Below, piece by piece: positions 1 to 13,100 of a stretch of DNA of 64,000 nt; position 1 is the stretch's first letter; each line of letters starts with the position of its first letter. The DNA comes from an uncultured Methanoregulaceae archaeon (GTDB lineage: Archaea; Halobacteriota; Methanomicrobia; Methanomicrobiales; Methanospirillaceae): assembly GCA_963701095.1 (NCBI GenBank), contig OY969564.1, forward strand, positions 384,001 to 448,000, given 5' to 3'. A model generated the notes under the pieces. It saw only the letters and a program-made list of their open reading frames with translations, did no database searches and was not told the DNA's origin. Made by a program: the position numbers and the translations under genes.

Positions 1-801
1 AAACGCCGGCATAAGTGCACAGGGTGTGGAACAGGTACTCAAGGCAATGGAAGATATGAATTCTGCAATCGAACAGGTGACAGCCAGCATGGAAGGCGTT
101 TCATTGCAGGCAAAACAGGCATCAGAAGCGTCAAAAAACGGTGCCATCCTTGCTGAGAATGTAGAAAAAGGCATGGGCGATATTACGAAATCCACCGATT
201 CGGTGAACAGTATTGTCAAAGACATCGAAAAGCAGATGGCCGATATCTCCAAGATTGTTGTTCTAATTCGAGACCTTGCAAACCAAACAAACCTACTTGC
301 CCTCAATGCTGCCATTGAAGCAGCTCGGCCGGTGAAGCCGGCCGAGGATTTGCGGTTGTTGCCGTTGAAGTTAAAGCCTTGGCACAGGAATCAAAGACCA
401 GCGCCGAAAAAATAGAGGAGATGATTTCGACCCTCAATAAATCCACAAAGAAAGCGGCAGTTGCAATGGACGATACGCACAGCCTAGTTATAAAAGGCAC
501 AACAATGTCAACCGAAGCATTCGACGCGTTCCAGAAAATTAAAGTCGCTGCAGAAGGTGTCGCAAATTCTGTCTCCGAAGTTGCTGGTGCTTCAGAGCAG
601 CAGGCAGCAGCGGTCGAAGAGATCACCGCAAGTGTCCAGGAAGTAAGGATAAAAATTGAAGGCACAGCTAAAGAAGCAAAAGAAGCCGCAGAAGCGGCAG
701 AAGAAGCAACTGTAGCGATAGATGAAGTGAACAAAGTTGTTGTAAACGTCAATGCGATCGCTGAGAGCGTGTCCCGAGAAATGGCGAAGTTTACTCTTTG
801 A
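1..801 (+). CDS. Methyl-accepting chemotaxis protein, C-terminal signalling domain (5' part outside window; 1-bp frameshift near 327)
   Basis: [17 protein letters not shown] in ORF 26..415 continues as [22 protein letters not shown] in the frame of 379..801; one G missing at 327-328; close paralog of the C-terminus of 37363..39498. Confidence 0.9.
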
Positions 802-930
802 TCAGAATGTCAATTCAATGACTCCTGTAAATCAAATGAATCGGGTTACCTAACATCCGGGAACCGGGATAGCAGATACCTACGGGATGGAGAAAACCTA
901 AAAAAGCGCATTGCCAGGTAAAGACTAGGG

Positions 931-2109
931 ATGAAAACCATGACACACGATATTGCAATCCTCGTCATTGATGACGATCCTGATTTTCTCACCATTAGCA
1001 GGATGTATCTCAAAGAGGGGGGTTTTCAGGATATAGCAACATCGTGTTCCTCCAATGAAGCGCTCGAAATCCTTGCATCCCGTTCATTCGATGTTATAGT
1101 GGCCGATTACGACCTTCCGCCGGGCATGAACAGCATCGAACTTTTGAAAAAATTAAAATCTCAGGGAGATACGACACCTTTCATTATTTTCACGGGAAAG
1201 AGCCGTGAAGAGGTAGCAATCGAGGCTCTCAACACCGGGGCTGCCTATTATCTCCAGAAAGGCATTGAAATTGAGGCCCAGTTCGCCGAGCTCAGGAACA
1301 TGATTATTCAACTTGCAGAAAAAAAGCGGGCAAAAGAACTGGTTGAATTTCAGGAAAGAGAACTCCGCTCAAAAAACCAGGAACTTGAGTCATTCTGTTA
1401 TTCAATCTCCCATGATCTGCGGGCACCACTCAGAGTAATTGAAGGGTATAGTGCTGTTATCCAGAATATCGCAGGAAAAGATCTTTCTCCCGAGGCCATA
1501 ACCTATTTCAATGGGATCCGGTCTGCAAGTGCAAAAATGGACACAATGATCGAGAGCCTGCTGAAATTTTCCCGTGCAGGTAGACTCGCAATAAATTATC
1601 AGGAAGTGGATCTTTCGAAAATTGCACAGGATATTATAGAAACCCTCAGGCAGCAATACCCGCAGCGAAACGTAACGGTAAATATTGATGCACCGATGAT
1701 AGTGTTCGGCGACCGTAATCTTCTCATGATGGCCTTGCAGAACCTGCTTGACAATGCCTGGAAATATACCGGGAAAAAAAGCCATGCGAAGATATCATTC
1801 CGGGTGATAACCGATGCTACTGGCAGGAAATTCTCTCTCAGCGATGATGGCGCGGGATTTGATGCAGCCACGGCAGAAAACCTGTTTTCTCCGTTCACAC
1901 GATTCCATACAGAATCTGAATTCCCCGGGACCGGTATCGGTCTAGCGACGGTCCATAGGATAATCGAACGGCATGGCGGTCAGATTCGTGCTGAAAGTGA
2001 AGAGGGGAAAGGGGCAACCTTCTTATTTACCCTACCGGACGGCAGGGATATCAGGAACCATGGTCAGATCGATGGTGAAAAAAAATCTTGTTCTCAGAGA
2101 GGCAGGTGA
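931..2109 (+). CDS. Hybrid REC-HisKA-HATPase sensor histidine kinase
   Basis: N-terminal receiver (VIDDD...DYDLP...K), H-box SISHDLRAPL, N box NLLDNAWKY, G boxes DDGAGF and GTGIGLA. Confidence 0.92.
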   Translation: MKTMTHDIAILVIDDDPDFLTISRMYLKEGGFQDIATSCSSNEALEILASRSFDVIVADYDLPPGMNSIELLKKLKSQGDTTPFIIFTGKSREEVAIEALNTGAAYYLQKGIEIEAQFAELRNMIIQLAEKKRAKELVEFQERELRSKNQELESFCYSISHDLRAPLRVIEGYSAVIQNIAGKDLSPEAITYFNGIRSASAKMDTMIESLLKFSRAGRLAINYQEVDLSKIAQDIIETLRQQYPQRNVTVNIDAPMIVFGDRNLLMMALQNLLDNAWKYTGKKSHAKISFRVITDATGRKFSLSDDGAGFDAATAENLFSPFTRFHTESEFPGTGIGLATVHRIIERHGGQIRAESEEGKGATFLFTLPDGRDIRNHGQIDGEKKSCSQRGR

Positions 2110-2118
2110 AAAAGAACT

Positions 2119-3968
2119 ATGGATACGCCTCTCAGACAAAAATTTGGGATCACACGGAACACACCGTGGATTGCCACCGTTTCAGCCACCGCGATATGTC
2201 TCGCGGTTAGTGTCTTCTCCCTGATGTCAGGATGGCTGACCATTTTCCAGAACCTTTTTTATGTTCCCATCATTCTTGCTTGCATATTTTACACTAAGAA
2301 GGGTTTTGTTTTTTCCGTGTTCCTTTCATTCGTGTATTTTATCGAGATGGCGATATTCACCCAGGATCCCGGTACCTCCAGGGTGCTTTTATCCGTGTTC
2401 TGATATTCATTTTTGTTGCCGCTGTGATAACCTATCTCTCGCTTATCCAGCAGAGGACCCAAGTTGCACTCCAAGAACGTGAAGCACTATTCCACGAGAT
2501 TTTCGACAATGTCAATGACGCCATTCATCTGCATGAATTTGACGAGCATGGCCGACCAGAAAAGTTTATTGAAGTAAATGCCATTGCCTGCCGGATGCTC
2601 CAGTACACAAAAGAAGAGATGCTTCAGCTGGGCCCTCTCGACATTACGACGGAGTTCCACAGTATTCCGGTGGATGAGATTGGGAAGGAGTACAAACGAT
2701 GCGGTCATGTCATATTTGAGACAGAACACCAGAGAAAAGATGGCACTATTGTTCCTGTTGAGGTTAACGGACATCTTGTCACAATCCATGGAAAAGAACT
2801 GATCCTTGCAGTTGTCCGTGATATTTCTGAACGGAAACGTACAGAGACAGCACTGCGTGAAAGCGAGGAGTTTAACCGCGGTCTTGTTGAAAATATCCCT
2901 GATATTGTAACCGTTTATGGCATAGACAGGAAAGTCCGGTATGTCAATCCTGCAATCTTCCCCCTACTCGGCTATCAGCCGGAATCGGTTGTTGGAACCG
3001 ATATCTTGTCCTATGTTGCCGAAGATCAGCGTGAAAAGGCATACCATACAATCTCGCAGCGGCTCGCGTCCGGGAATGTACAACCAATTGAGATCGACAT
3101 TTTAAAAAGTGATGGGAGTAGGTTGACGACCATTACGAAAAGTTCGAACACGCATTTTAAAAATGAGCCGGCAGTCCTTTTGATGTTGACTGATATCAGT
3201 GAAAGAAAACAACACGAACAGGAGATGCAGCAGCACAACGAGGATACTGAACGCAGTTCCCGCATCCTTGGCATGGCCAATAAAAAACTCAACCTCCTGG
3301 GAAGTCTGACCAGGCATGATATTCTCAATAAACTTTCATCTTTAGCTGCATATACCCAGATATTAAAGAAAAATTCAGAAGATCCTGAACACATCCGGAT
3401 TCTTGAAGCTGAGGAAAATTTACTAAGGACAATTGGTGGATACCTCGAATTTACAAAAATGTACGAGAAGATTGGTGTTGCGGCCCCTGCATGGATTGAA
3501 CTGGACGCCGTGATTCGGAAAGCGTTTGCGGCCATCCCACACCGTGAGATTATTCTTGAAAGCAATCTCGAAGGATTCAGGGTATATGCCGATCCCCTCT
3601 TCGAAAAAGTGTTCACTAACCTGCTAGATAATGCGGTACGTCATGGGGATCATGTATCAAGGATCCATGTGTCAGCACAGGAATTAGATACAGGTTTAGT
3701 TCTTGTCTGGGAAGATGATGGGATAGGTATTGAAGAAGATGAAAAAGTGCATATTTTCGAACGGGGTGTAGGAAAGAATACGGGAATGGGGTTATTCCTG
3801 GCCCGTGAAATTCTCACCATCACCGGAATGACAATTCACGAAACGGGTAAACCAGGTAAAGGTGCACGGTTCGAGATTACGATCCCTAACGGTGGTTATC
3901 AGAAGGGACTGACCCCATGTCCTGTATCAGGATCCGACCAAGCGAACGCAGAGGTATTTATTAAATAA
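2119..3968 (+). CDS. Membrane-anchored (4TM) PAS-PAS histidine kinase; frameshift near 2375
   Basis: ORF 2119..2403 (TM helices, LFYVPIIL motif) joins 2424..3968 if one C is restored at 2375-2376 (reads QDPGTLQGAFIRVLIF); two PAS domains, LTRHD H-box, GKNTGMGL. Confidence 0.85.
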
Positions 3969-3982
3969 TTCCTGGAGTGTGT

Positions 3983-6900
3983 ATGGCCCCGATTTCTGTT
4001 CTTTATGTTGATGACGATGTAACTCTTCTCGACATCTGTAAGATATTTCTCGAAGATGGTGGAAAATTCAAGATCGATACATCGGAATCAGCCAAAGACG
4101 CGTTAAAAAAGATGTCCTCCAATACCTATGACGCGATCTTATCGGACTACCAGATGCCAAAGATGGATGGCATTCAGTTCCTTATCGAAATCCGGAAACG
4201 TTTTGGGTCAATCCCATTCATTCTTTTCACCGGCAGGGGCAGGGAAGAGGTAGTTATCCAGGCGCTCAACAGCGGAGCGGACTTCTATCTCCAGAAAGGC
4301 GGGGATCCTGAGTCACAGTTTGCAGAACTTTCTAACAAGATCACTTATGCCATATCGCGAAGACGTGCGGAGGCGGCAAAGCAGGAGAGTGATGCAAGTC
4401 TTGATCTTGCACTTCGTTCAGCAGAAATGGGGGTCTGGCATTGGGACATTATAGAGGGGAAACGATATTTTGACGACACGACCTGTCATCTTTTAGGGAT
4501 CGATCCGTCCGTATTCACGGGATCTGCAGAAGAATTTTTCAAGGTAGTCCATCCCGAGGACCATCAAATACTGAAAGATTCACTCAACCGTACTATTGAG
4601 CAAGATGTGCTTTATGAGCCAGTGTATCGTGTCATACATCCTGATGGAAGTTTCCGCTTCGTAGCCGCCCGTGGCAGACTGGTAAAAAATGCCGCTGGAA
4701 AACCGGAACGGATTAATGGAATAATCTGGGATATCACCGAACGCAAACAGACAGAAGAAGAACTGCATGTACTCACTGATCGCCTGTTCCTCGCAACGCG
4801 TGCAGGTGGCGTTGGTATTTGGGATTATGATGTTGTCCATAATACGCTGGTATGGGATGACCAGATGTTTGCCCTCTACGGGATTACACGGGAGCAGTTT
4901 GGCGGAGCCTATGAAGCATGGCAGGCCGGACTTCACCCGGATGACCGGACGCTTGGAGATGAAGAGTTCCAGAAGGCATTACGCGGAGAGAAGGATTTCA
5001 ACACCGAGTTCCGTGTCCTCTGGGCTGATGGCAGCACCCATTACATCCGGGCCCTTGCCATAGTTCAACGGGATTCAGATAGTAAACCTCTGCGTGTAAT
5101 CGGCACGAACTGGGACATCACCGAACGCAAGCAGATGGGCGAGCAGCTGGATATGGAAAGGACCTTCATCGACGCCATCTTCAACAGCGCTCCCGGTATG
5201 ATCTATCTTTACAATACCGACGGGCAACTGGTTCAGTGGAACAAAAACCATGAGCGGATGACCGGTTACTCTGCCGAAGAATTATCGCATATGCACTTAT
5301 TGGACTGGTATAAAGGCGATGCAGAAAGTCAAGCAGCAGTGACGGAAGGCATCAGGACAACAATCGAAAAAGGATTCGGCTATGCCGAAGCCAACCTGCA
5401 GAAGAAAGACGGCACACGCATTCCCATGTATTTTACGGCCAGTCCGCTGCTAATCAATGGCCAGCAGTACTTTACCGGTATTGGGATCGACATTACCGAA
5501 CGAAAACGGGCAGAAGAGGCGCTGCTCAAGAGAAACGAAGAACTCCACGGAGCCTATGAGCAGATCCAAGCAACCGAAGAGGAACTCCGTGGAAACCTGG
5601 ATGAATTGAGCCGGCAGGAACAGGGATTGCGGCGAAGCGAGGAGAAATACCGCTCACTCTACATCCATATGATTGAAGGTGCAGCGCTTCACCAGCTCAC
5701 CTTCACCGATCAGGGGATACCTGATGATTATATCATTCTTGAAACAAATCCTGCGTTTGAAAAACAGCTAGGCATATCCCGAAATGACGTCATTGGTAAA
5801 ACCAGCCGGGAAGCCTATGGTGTATCCGAACCACCCTATCTTGAAACCTATGCAAGGGTAGCCCTCACGGGGAAACCGGAGGTTTTTGAAACCTACTTCC
5901 AGCCCCTTGACAAATATTTCTCAATATCCGTCTACTGTCCGGAAAAGGGCAAATTCGCCACAATTTTTGAAGATATCACCGAACGAAAACGGGCGGACGA
6001 AGTGCTAAAAGAGAGCGAAGCAAAGTTCCGTTTTCTTTCCGAAAGCAGTCCGGATTATATCATGCGGTATGATCGTCAGTGTCGTCATACTTACATGAAT
6101 CAGGCGGGATTACGGGTTTCTGGATTGACAGCAGATCAGCTCATCGGAAAAACCCATCGTGAAGCCGGGTATGATGAGGATCTCAGCCGGATGTGGGAAG
6201 AGAAGATAACCGGGGTTTTCGAGACCGGTAAACCCAGCCGGACCCAGTTTGAGTGGGGCAGTGCCGAAGGTCGTGTTGTCATTGACTGGCTACTCACCCC
6301 GGAATTAGCCGACGATGGCTCCGTCAGATCAGTACTGGGAGTTTCAAGAGATATTACCCGGCTCAAACAGGCTGAAGAAGGGTTAGAATCCGCACAACAG
6401 AAACTTAAAGAGGTTCATCACCTGGCCCATATCGGAACATGGGATTGGGTTGTTGATACAGATACGGTAACCTGGTCTGATGAATTATACGAGATCGCCG
6501 GCTGGGATCCCGCAAAACCTGCGCCAACGTATGCACAACATCCCTGTTGTTATACCCCATCCAGCTGGGAGAGACTAGACACAGCGGTAAAAAAGGCGCT
6601 CACTACAGGAGAGCCATATAACCTTGAACTGGAACTGGTCCGGCCTGATGGCAGTACACGATGGACGAATGCCTTTGGTGGCAGGATGACCGATGCGAGC
6701 GGCAAATGTATCGGCCTTCATGGCACTATGCAGGACATCACCGAGCGAAAACGGGCAGAGGAAAAACTGAAGGAAAGCGAAGTACTCCTTGCCGAGGCAC
6801 AACGCATTGCTCACATGGGGAGCTGGAGCTGGGATTTCACCACAAACAAGGTCGCGTGGTCGGATGAGATGTACCGGATTTTCGGGATATCTCCCGATAT

Positions 6901-9331
6901 CTATGATGGAACTCCGGAGATGGCCCTGAATGTTGTTCATCCTGATGACAGGGAGCGCTTTATACAGAATATGGAGGACATTATGTCCCGGGGTGTATGG
7001 AATCCTCTCGAATATCGCGTGATCCATTCCGACAGATCCATCCACATTGTCTATGCCAATGGTGTTGTCGAGTTCGACAATGCAGGCAATCCGGTCAGGA
7101 GCACCGGCACAGTTCAGGACATCACCGAACGTAAGCTGGCTGAACAGGAACTGCAAAAATCCCGGAGTGAATATGTCCATCTGCTTGAGAATATACACGA
7201 TATATACTACCGTAGCGATACAGAGGGAAGACTCGTTCTTGCAAGTACATCTTGGGCAAAAAAACTCGGGTATGATGACCTCACCGAGTGTCTCGGTAAA
7301 AATATTGCTGATACGTTCTATGCGGATCCCAGAGATCGTAAAAGATTCCTTGATGAGGTTTACAAAAACGGTTACGTGTCCGATTACGAAGTAAACCTGA
7401 AGAAAAAGGACGGGACAACACTCCCGGTTGCGGTAAGTAGTTACCTCTATTTCGATAAAGCCGGCACTATTCTCGGGATTGAAGGTACATGGCGTGATAT
7501 CACTGAGCGCAAAAAAATGGAAAATGCCCTGAGAGAGAGCGAAAAGAATTACAGCCTTATTTTAGAGAATGCAAACGATGCAATCTTTCTCCACGAGATA
7601 TTGCCGGATGGCAGGCCAGGAAAGTACGCTTTGGTTAATACAATTGCCTGCCAAAGACTCGGCTACACCCATGATGAACTGCTGCAAATGTCAGTCAGTG
7701 ACGTGGCTTCTCCTAGACATATCCCCAATATACCGGAGTTAGCAAAGAAGTTGCATCAAGATGGATATGCAACCTTTGAAGGGATCCACCGGAGAAAGGA
7801 CGGCACAGAGTTTCCTGTCGAGAATAGCACTCACATATTCGAGATGGGTGGCCGAAAGGTTGCAATAACGTTTTCTCGCGACATCACTGACCGCAAACAG
7901 ATCGAAGAAGCATTGAAAAAGAGCGAGGAAAAGTACCGGAATGTGATAGAAGTCCAGACCGAACTCATTTGCCGGTTCCGACCTGACGGAACTCACATCT
8001 TTGTCAATGAAGCATATTGCCGTTATTTTGGTGTAAAACGGGAAGATCTCCTCGGACATCGTTTCATACCATGCATCCCTGATGGGGACAGGGAGTTCCT
8101 GAAACAGTTCTTTGCCTCATTAACCCCGGACCACCCCAGTGGTGATATCAGGCACCGCATCATCATGCCAGATGGAAATGTGCGGTGGCAGCGATGGAGC
8201 GACCTGGCCATCTTCGATTCAGAGGGTCATATAACTGAGTATCAATCGGTCGGGCGAGATATCACCGATATGAAAAAGGCTGAAGAAGCGCTTGCTGAAA
8301 GCGAAGAAAAATACCGCACTCTTGTCGAAAAGGCAAACGAGGCAATTATCATTGTTCAGGATGAACATTTCGTTTTCGCCAACTCAAAGATGTCTGAACT
8401 TCTTGGTGTGCCGAAAGAAGATTTTATAGGCAAGTCTATAATCGATTTCATCTGGCCTGATGATCGGAAAATGGTGATGGAGAAATACCGGAGACGTATG
8501 AATGGAGAAGCGCAAAGTGACGCGTACGATTTCCGGATCGTTGGAAAAGAGGGCAGACTGAGATGGGTCTTCCTGCAGGCTGCGTTAATCCAATGGAATG
8601 GAAAGCCGGCAACGCTCAACATCTTGACCGACATCACCGAACGCAAGCAGGCTGATGAGGCAATCCGTCTGATGAATAAGAAACTCAATATCCTTTCCAG
8701 TATCACTCGTCACGACCTTAAGAACCAACTTATGGCATTAAAATCTTATCTGGCGATCTCAAAACGTGTTTTCGGCGATCCTGCAAAAACGTCAGAGATT
8801 AATGCCAAGGAAGAGGAGGTAATAAAAAACATCGAACGTCAGATCGACTTCACCAAAGAATACGAGGACATCGGCGTTAAGGCCCCGATATGGCAAAACT
8901 GCCACACGCTCGTGGAGCACGCATCAAAGCAAATCTCGTTTGGGCAGATTATCGTGAAAAACAATGTCCCCAAATGTACTGAAATGTTTGCTGATTCGTT
9001 AGTTGTCAAAGTTTTCTATAATTTGATGGAGAATGCAATCCGTCATGGCGGTAAAGTCACGACCATCAGGTTCTTTACTGAAGAACGTGATGGTGCTAAT
9101 ATCATCGTGTGTGAAGACGATGGAGACGGTATTATTCCAGGAGAAAAGGAGGCGATTTTCGACCGAGGATTCGGGAGGAACACCGGCCTTGGACTTTTCC
9201 TTGCCCGGGAGATTCTCGATATCACCGGGATCAAAATCTCAGAAACCGGTGAGCCGGGAATAGGGGCACGATTCGAAATCGCAGTCCCTAAAGGTGCCTT
9301 CAGGCTGTCCGATGAAAATACCATATGTTAG
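3983..9331 (+). CDS. Giant REC-multi-PAS histidine kinase
   Basis: Receiver, about 11 PAS/PAC units ending in DITERK-like motifs, ITRHD H-box, HATPase GFGRNTGLGL; ATG at 3983. Confidence 0.93.
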   Translation: MAPISVLYVDDDVTLLDICKIFLEDGGKFKIDTSESAKDALKKMSSNTYDAILSDYQMPKMDGIQFLIEIRKRFGSIPFILFTGRGREEVVIQALNSGADFYLQKGGDPESQFAELSNKITYAISRRRAEAAKQESDASLDLALRSAEMGVWHWDIIEGKRYFDDTTCHLLGIDPSVFTGSAEEFFKVVHPEDHQILKDSLNRTIEQDVLYEPVYRVIHPDGSFRFVAARGRLVKNAAGKPERINGIIWDITERKQTEEELHVLTDRLFLATRAGGVGIWDYDVVHNTLVWDDQMFALYGITREQFGGAYEAWQAGLHPDDRTLGDEEFQKALRGEKDFNTEFRVLWADGSTHYIRALAIVQRDSDSKPLRVIGTNWDITERKQMGEQLDMERTFIDAIFNSAPGMIYLYNTDGQLVQWNKNHERMTGYSAEELSHMHLLDWYKGDAESQAAVTEGIRTTIEKGFGYAEANLQKKDGTRIPMYFTASPLLINGQQYFTGIGIDITERKRAEEALLKRNEELHGAYEQIQATEEELRGNLDELSRQEQGLRRSEEKYRSLYIHMIEGAALHQLTFTDQGIPDDYIILETNPAFEKQLGISRNDVIGKTSREAYGVSEPPYLETYARVALTGKPEVFETYFQPLDKYFSISVYCPEKGKFATIFEDITERKRADEVLKESEAKFRFLSESSPDYIMRYDRQCRHTYMNQAGLRVSGLTADQLIGKTHREAGYDEDLSRMWEEKITGVFETGKPSRTQFEWGSAEGRVVIDWLLTPELADDGSVRSVLGVSRDITRLKQAEEGLESAQQKLKEVHHLAHIGTWDWVVDTDTVTWSDELYEIAGWDPAKPAPTYAQHPCCYTPSSWERLDTAVKKALTTGEPYNLELELVRPDGSTRWTNAFGGRMTDASGKCIGLHGTMQDITERKRAEEKLKESEVLLAEAQRIAHMGSWSWDFTTNKVAWSDEMYRIFGISPDIYDGTPEMALNVVHPDDRERFIQNMEDIMSRGVWNPLEYRVIHSDRSIHIVYANGVVEFDNAGNPVRSTGTVQDITERKLAEQELQKSRSEYVHLLENIHDIYYRSDTEGRLVLASTSWAKKLGYDDLTECLGKNIADTFYADPRDRKRFLDEVYKNGYVSDYEVNLKKKDGTTLPVAVSSYLYFDKAGTILGIEGTWRDITERKKMENALRESEKNYSLILENANDAIFLHEILPDGRPGKYALVNTIACQRLGYTHDELLQMSVSDVASPRHIPNIPELAKKLHQDGYATFEGIHRRKDGTEFPVENSTHIFEMGGRKVAITFSRDITDRKQIEEALKKSEEKYRNVIEVQTELICRFRPDGTHIFVNEAYCRYFGVKREDLLGHRFIPCIPDGDREFLKQFFASLTPDHPSGDIRHRIIMPDGNVRWQRWSDLAIFDSEGHITEYQSVGRDITDMKKAEEALAESEEKYRTLVEKANEAIIIVQDEHFVFANSKMSELLGVPKEDFIGKSIIDFIWPDDRKMVMEKYRRRMNGEAQSDAYDFRIVGKEGRLRWVFLQAALIQWNGKPATLNILTDITERKQADEAIRLMNKKLNILSSITRHDLKNQLMALKSYLAISKRVFGDPAKTSEINAKEEEVIKNIERQIDFTKEYEDIGVKAPIWQNCHTLVEHASKQISFGQIIVKNNVPKCTEMFADSLVVKVFYNLMENAIRHGGKVTTIRFFTEERDGANIIVCEDDGDGIIPGEKEAIFDRGFGRNTGLGLFLAREILDITGIKISETGEPGIGARFEIAVPKGAFRLSDENTIC

Positions 9332-9340
9332 GAGGAGATC

Positions 9341-9967
9341 ATGACATTATCAACTATTCAGATGGATGCGATACAGGAACTGGGAAACATCGGTGCCGCT
9401 CATGCCGCAACATCACTTTCCCAGATATTGATGAGCCCAGTCGAGATGCATGTCCCGAAAATCAGAGTTGTTAATCTTAACAAGCTGGGAAATTATATTA
9501 GTGAAGACTCCGCTGCTATGGTGGTTTTTGAACTCCAGGGAGAGATCCCGCATGGAGGTTATATCGTCTTTTATATCACAAAGCCATCAGCTGTCCAATT
9601 GTCCAACACGTTGCAGGGACTGACCGAAATCGATCGTCCACTTAACGAGATGGATGAGAGTGCACTCCTTGAGATCGGAAATATCATGGCCTCTGCATTT
9701 CTGGACGCCACATCTGAACTTCTTGGTATTGTCATGCTTCCGTCACCTCCTGCTATGACTATTGATATGGCGCACGCCGCCATGCAGACCTTGATCGCCC
9801 AGATGATCGAGGAGGTCGATCAGGTCATCCTGTTGTCCACAGAATTGATTTGCGAAGAGCATAAGATTGAAAGCGATATTATCCTGATGCCGGAGATTAG
9901 CACGCTGAAAAAAATGGCTGACCTATTGGAAAATCTCACGAATCCTGGTAAGAAATCGGATGTTTGA
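9341..9967 (+). CDS. cheC: Chemotaxis phosphatase CheC
   Basis: Two CheC repeats DAIQELGNIGAAHAATSLS and SALLEIGNIMASAFLDA. Confidence 0.9.
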   Translation: MTLSTIQMDAIQELGNIGAAHAATSLSQILMSPVEMHVPKIRVVNLNKLGNYISEDSAAMVVFELQGEIPHGGYIVFYITKPSAVQLSNTLQGLTEIDRPLNEMDESALLEIGNIMASAFLDATSELLGIVMLPSPPAMTIDMAHAAMQTLIAQMIEEVDQVILLSTELICEEHKIESDIILMPEISTLKKMADLLENLTNPGKKSDV

Positions 9968-10152
9968 GAATGACTGACAAGCACTCATGGAATCTGGGGA
10001 TTAGTAGTTGATGTTATGCAGATGTACTAGGCGTTAATGACCAAAATTTCACGTTGAAAAAAACTAGCAACCAGATGACATATAATCTGTTTGATATAGA
10101 TATGATGGTTATTTACACACTCGTTATGCAATAGGATTGTTGGACGGAACAA

Positions 10153-13100
10153 ATGCCCGCGATTTCATTACTCTATGTTGACGACGACAAGCATCTTCTC
10201 GACGTGTGCAAGATGTACCTCGAACAGATGGGTTCGATGAAAGTCGATACCGCACTCTCCGCCAAGAATGCACTCGATAAGCTTGTCACTACCCATTACG
10301 ACGCGATTGTTTCAGATTACGAAATGCCAGAGATGAACGGGATTGATTTTCTCAAAGCCGTACGAAAAAGTTACGGATATCTCCCGTTCATTATATTCAC
10401 GGGCAAAGGCCGCGAAGAGATTGTTATTGAGGCAATAAACAGCGGGGCCGATTTCTATCTTCAGAAGGGAGGGGATCCGGATGCACAATTTGCTGAACTC
10501 TCACATAAAATCCGCCAGGCTGTTAAAAGTTATAAGGCAGATGTTTCTCTCAAGGATAGTGAAGAGAAGTTTCACCAGATTTTCAACAGTGTCAATGATG
10601 CGATCCACATCCACGAGATTGACAAAGAGGGTCTACCGGGAAAATTTACTGATGTTAATGAAGTTGCCTGCCGGATGCTCCAGTATAAACGGAGTGATTT
10701 GCTCAAAATAATGCCACTGGATTTAACAACAGAATATTCCAGCATACCTGTTGAGGAGATTGAGAAAAAATTAACAAGTACCGGCCAAGTGATCTTTGAG
10801 ACATTTTACATTCGTAATGACGGTCAGACCATCCCGGTTGAGATCAATGCACATGTTACTGTGCTGAAAGGAAAAAAAGTTGTTATCTCCGTAGTTCGTG
10901 ATCTCAGCGAACGCATTCGAGAGGAGAAAATTCTCCGTACCGAACTTGATCTCGGAAAGGATCTCCAAAAAATTCGCAATCTCCCTGAAATGCTTGAGAC
11001 CTGTCTTTCCTTTGCCATCGATGCATCCGGTCTCGATGCAGGAGGGGTTTATCTTGTCGACGATATTACCGGCTCATTAGATCTTATCGTTAGCAGAAAC
11101 CTTGGTCCTGAATTCCTTTCCTCCTTTACAAAAAATCCTGCAGGAACGCAATTTGCACAAATGGCCACTACCGTTAAATCGCAGTATTTTCCTCCTGATC
11201 TTGAGACGCCGATTCACAAAGAATTGTGCAAGAAGGAAAATCTTCTCCTATTTGCGCTTATACCGGTTATCGTGAAAGGTCATCCTGTTGCCTGCTTGTT
11301 TGTGACATCACATACTGCAAATGAGGTTTCTGAACATTCACGCATCGTTCTTGAAACCATTGCAACCCTGATCGGGATTTCGATAGAAAAAGTGCGGGAC
11401 GACGAAACTACAAAATCCAATTTAGTCCGGCTTGAAACTGCCATGGAAATAGGTAATCTTGCATGGTGGGAGATGGAACTTCCGCAGGGCACCATCCGTT
11501 TTGATGAGCGCAAAGCAAAGATTCTCAGGTACTCACCCGAAAAGTTTGTTCATTATTCCGACTTTACTGCACTTCTTCATCCAAATGACTATGAACAAAC
11601 CATGCAGGCAATGAGGGATCATCTGGAGGGAAAGGTATCCCGGTATTACGCGGATTATCGCATCCAGGATGCTGACGGGAATTATCATTGGTTCCGGGAT
11701 GTCGGGGGTATAACCCAATCCCATGCCGATGGGACACCAAAAATAGTGTCCGGTGTTGTGATCGATTTAACCACCAGCAAAAAATTAGAAGTTGAACTCA
11801 CACAAAAACATGAAGAGTTGCTGGCATCGTTCGAACAGCTCACTGCAACAGAAGAAGAACTGCACCAGAACTATGACGAACTGGAAAAAGGCTATAAAAA
11901 ATTAGCGAGAAGCGAACAGGAATTCCGCAATCTTTTCGAGAATATTGTTGAAGGACTTGCTGTTCACGAACTTGTCCGCGATGCGAACGGGCAGGTATCC
12001 GAATACCGCATTCTTTCCGTTAATCCGTCGTTCGAACGTATCATTGGTATTAATGCAACAAAGGTGATCGGAAAAATCAGTTGCGAGGCTTATGGAACCG
12101 ACAAGCCCCCATTCCTTGAGATTTACACGAGGGTTGCGGAGACCGGCAAGCCGGAAGTATTTGAGACCTATTTTCCACCTATGGATAAATACTTCCGTAT
12201 CTCCGTTTATTCTCCGGGAAAAAACCAGTTTGTTACGGTTTTCTCAGATATCAGCAAGGAAAAACGTAATGAAGAGGCATTAATACAGAAAAATACTGAT
12301 CTTGAAGCAGCCTACGAAGAACTGACTGCAACTGAAGAAGAGATCAGATCTAATCTCGACGAACTGACGGCGAGTCAACAAGAACTTCGCAAGAGCGAGG
12401 AGCAGTACCGGCGAATTGTCGATACTGCAAACGAGGGTATCTGGGAGTTGGATGCCGAGTTCCATATCATTTTTTTCAATCCCCGGATGTCGGAGATCCT
12501 CGGTTATTCATCTGAAGAGATGATGGGCCGCCGTATCACAGATTTTGTTCCTCCAAAAGAGGTTTCAGCGTATGAACACCATCTAAAAGATCGCCGCTAC
12601 GGCCATGACGGCCACTATGAACAGAATTTTGTGAGAAAAGATGGCTCTATCGTAATTCTATACGTATCAGCAACTCCTGTCGTTAGTAAAAGAGGAGCGT
12701 TTCTTGGATCCTTTGCCATGTTTTCTGATATTACCGAGCGTAAAAGAGCCGAAAATGAACTTAAACAAAAAAATACTGATCTTGAAGCAGCCTATGAAGA
12801 ACTGACCGCAACCGAAGAAGAGATCCGCCATAATCTTGAGGAGCTTGCCGCAAACGAGATTAAACTCCGCAGGAGTGAAGCACACCTTGAGGCAGCCCAA
12901 AAACTGGCCCAAATGGGGAGCTGGGAGTTTGATATTTCCTCAGGAAAGATATCATGGACAGCGGAGACCTTCCGAATTTTCAACGTGGAGCCATCACAAG
13001 GGGAACCTACTTTTGAAGAACTGATACGATACTGGCACCCGGATGACCTGGAACCGTTCTTGTCGGCAGTAAACGATGCCCAGGAACATGGAGTTCCTTA

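Noticed and set aside
300..2420. Programmed frameshifting or true pseudogenes in the MCP and 4TM kinase
   Set aside because: Single-base losses in short G/C runs with both halves otherwise intact and no slippery heptamer; sequencing error is more likely
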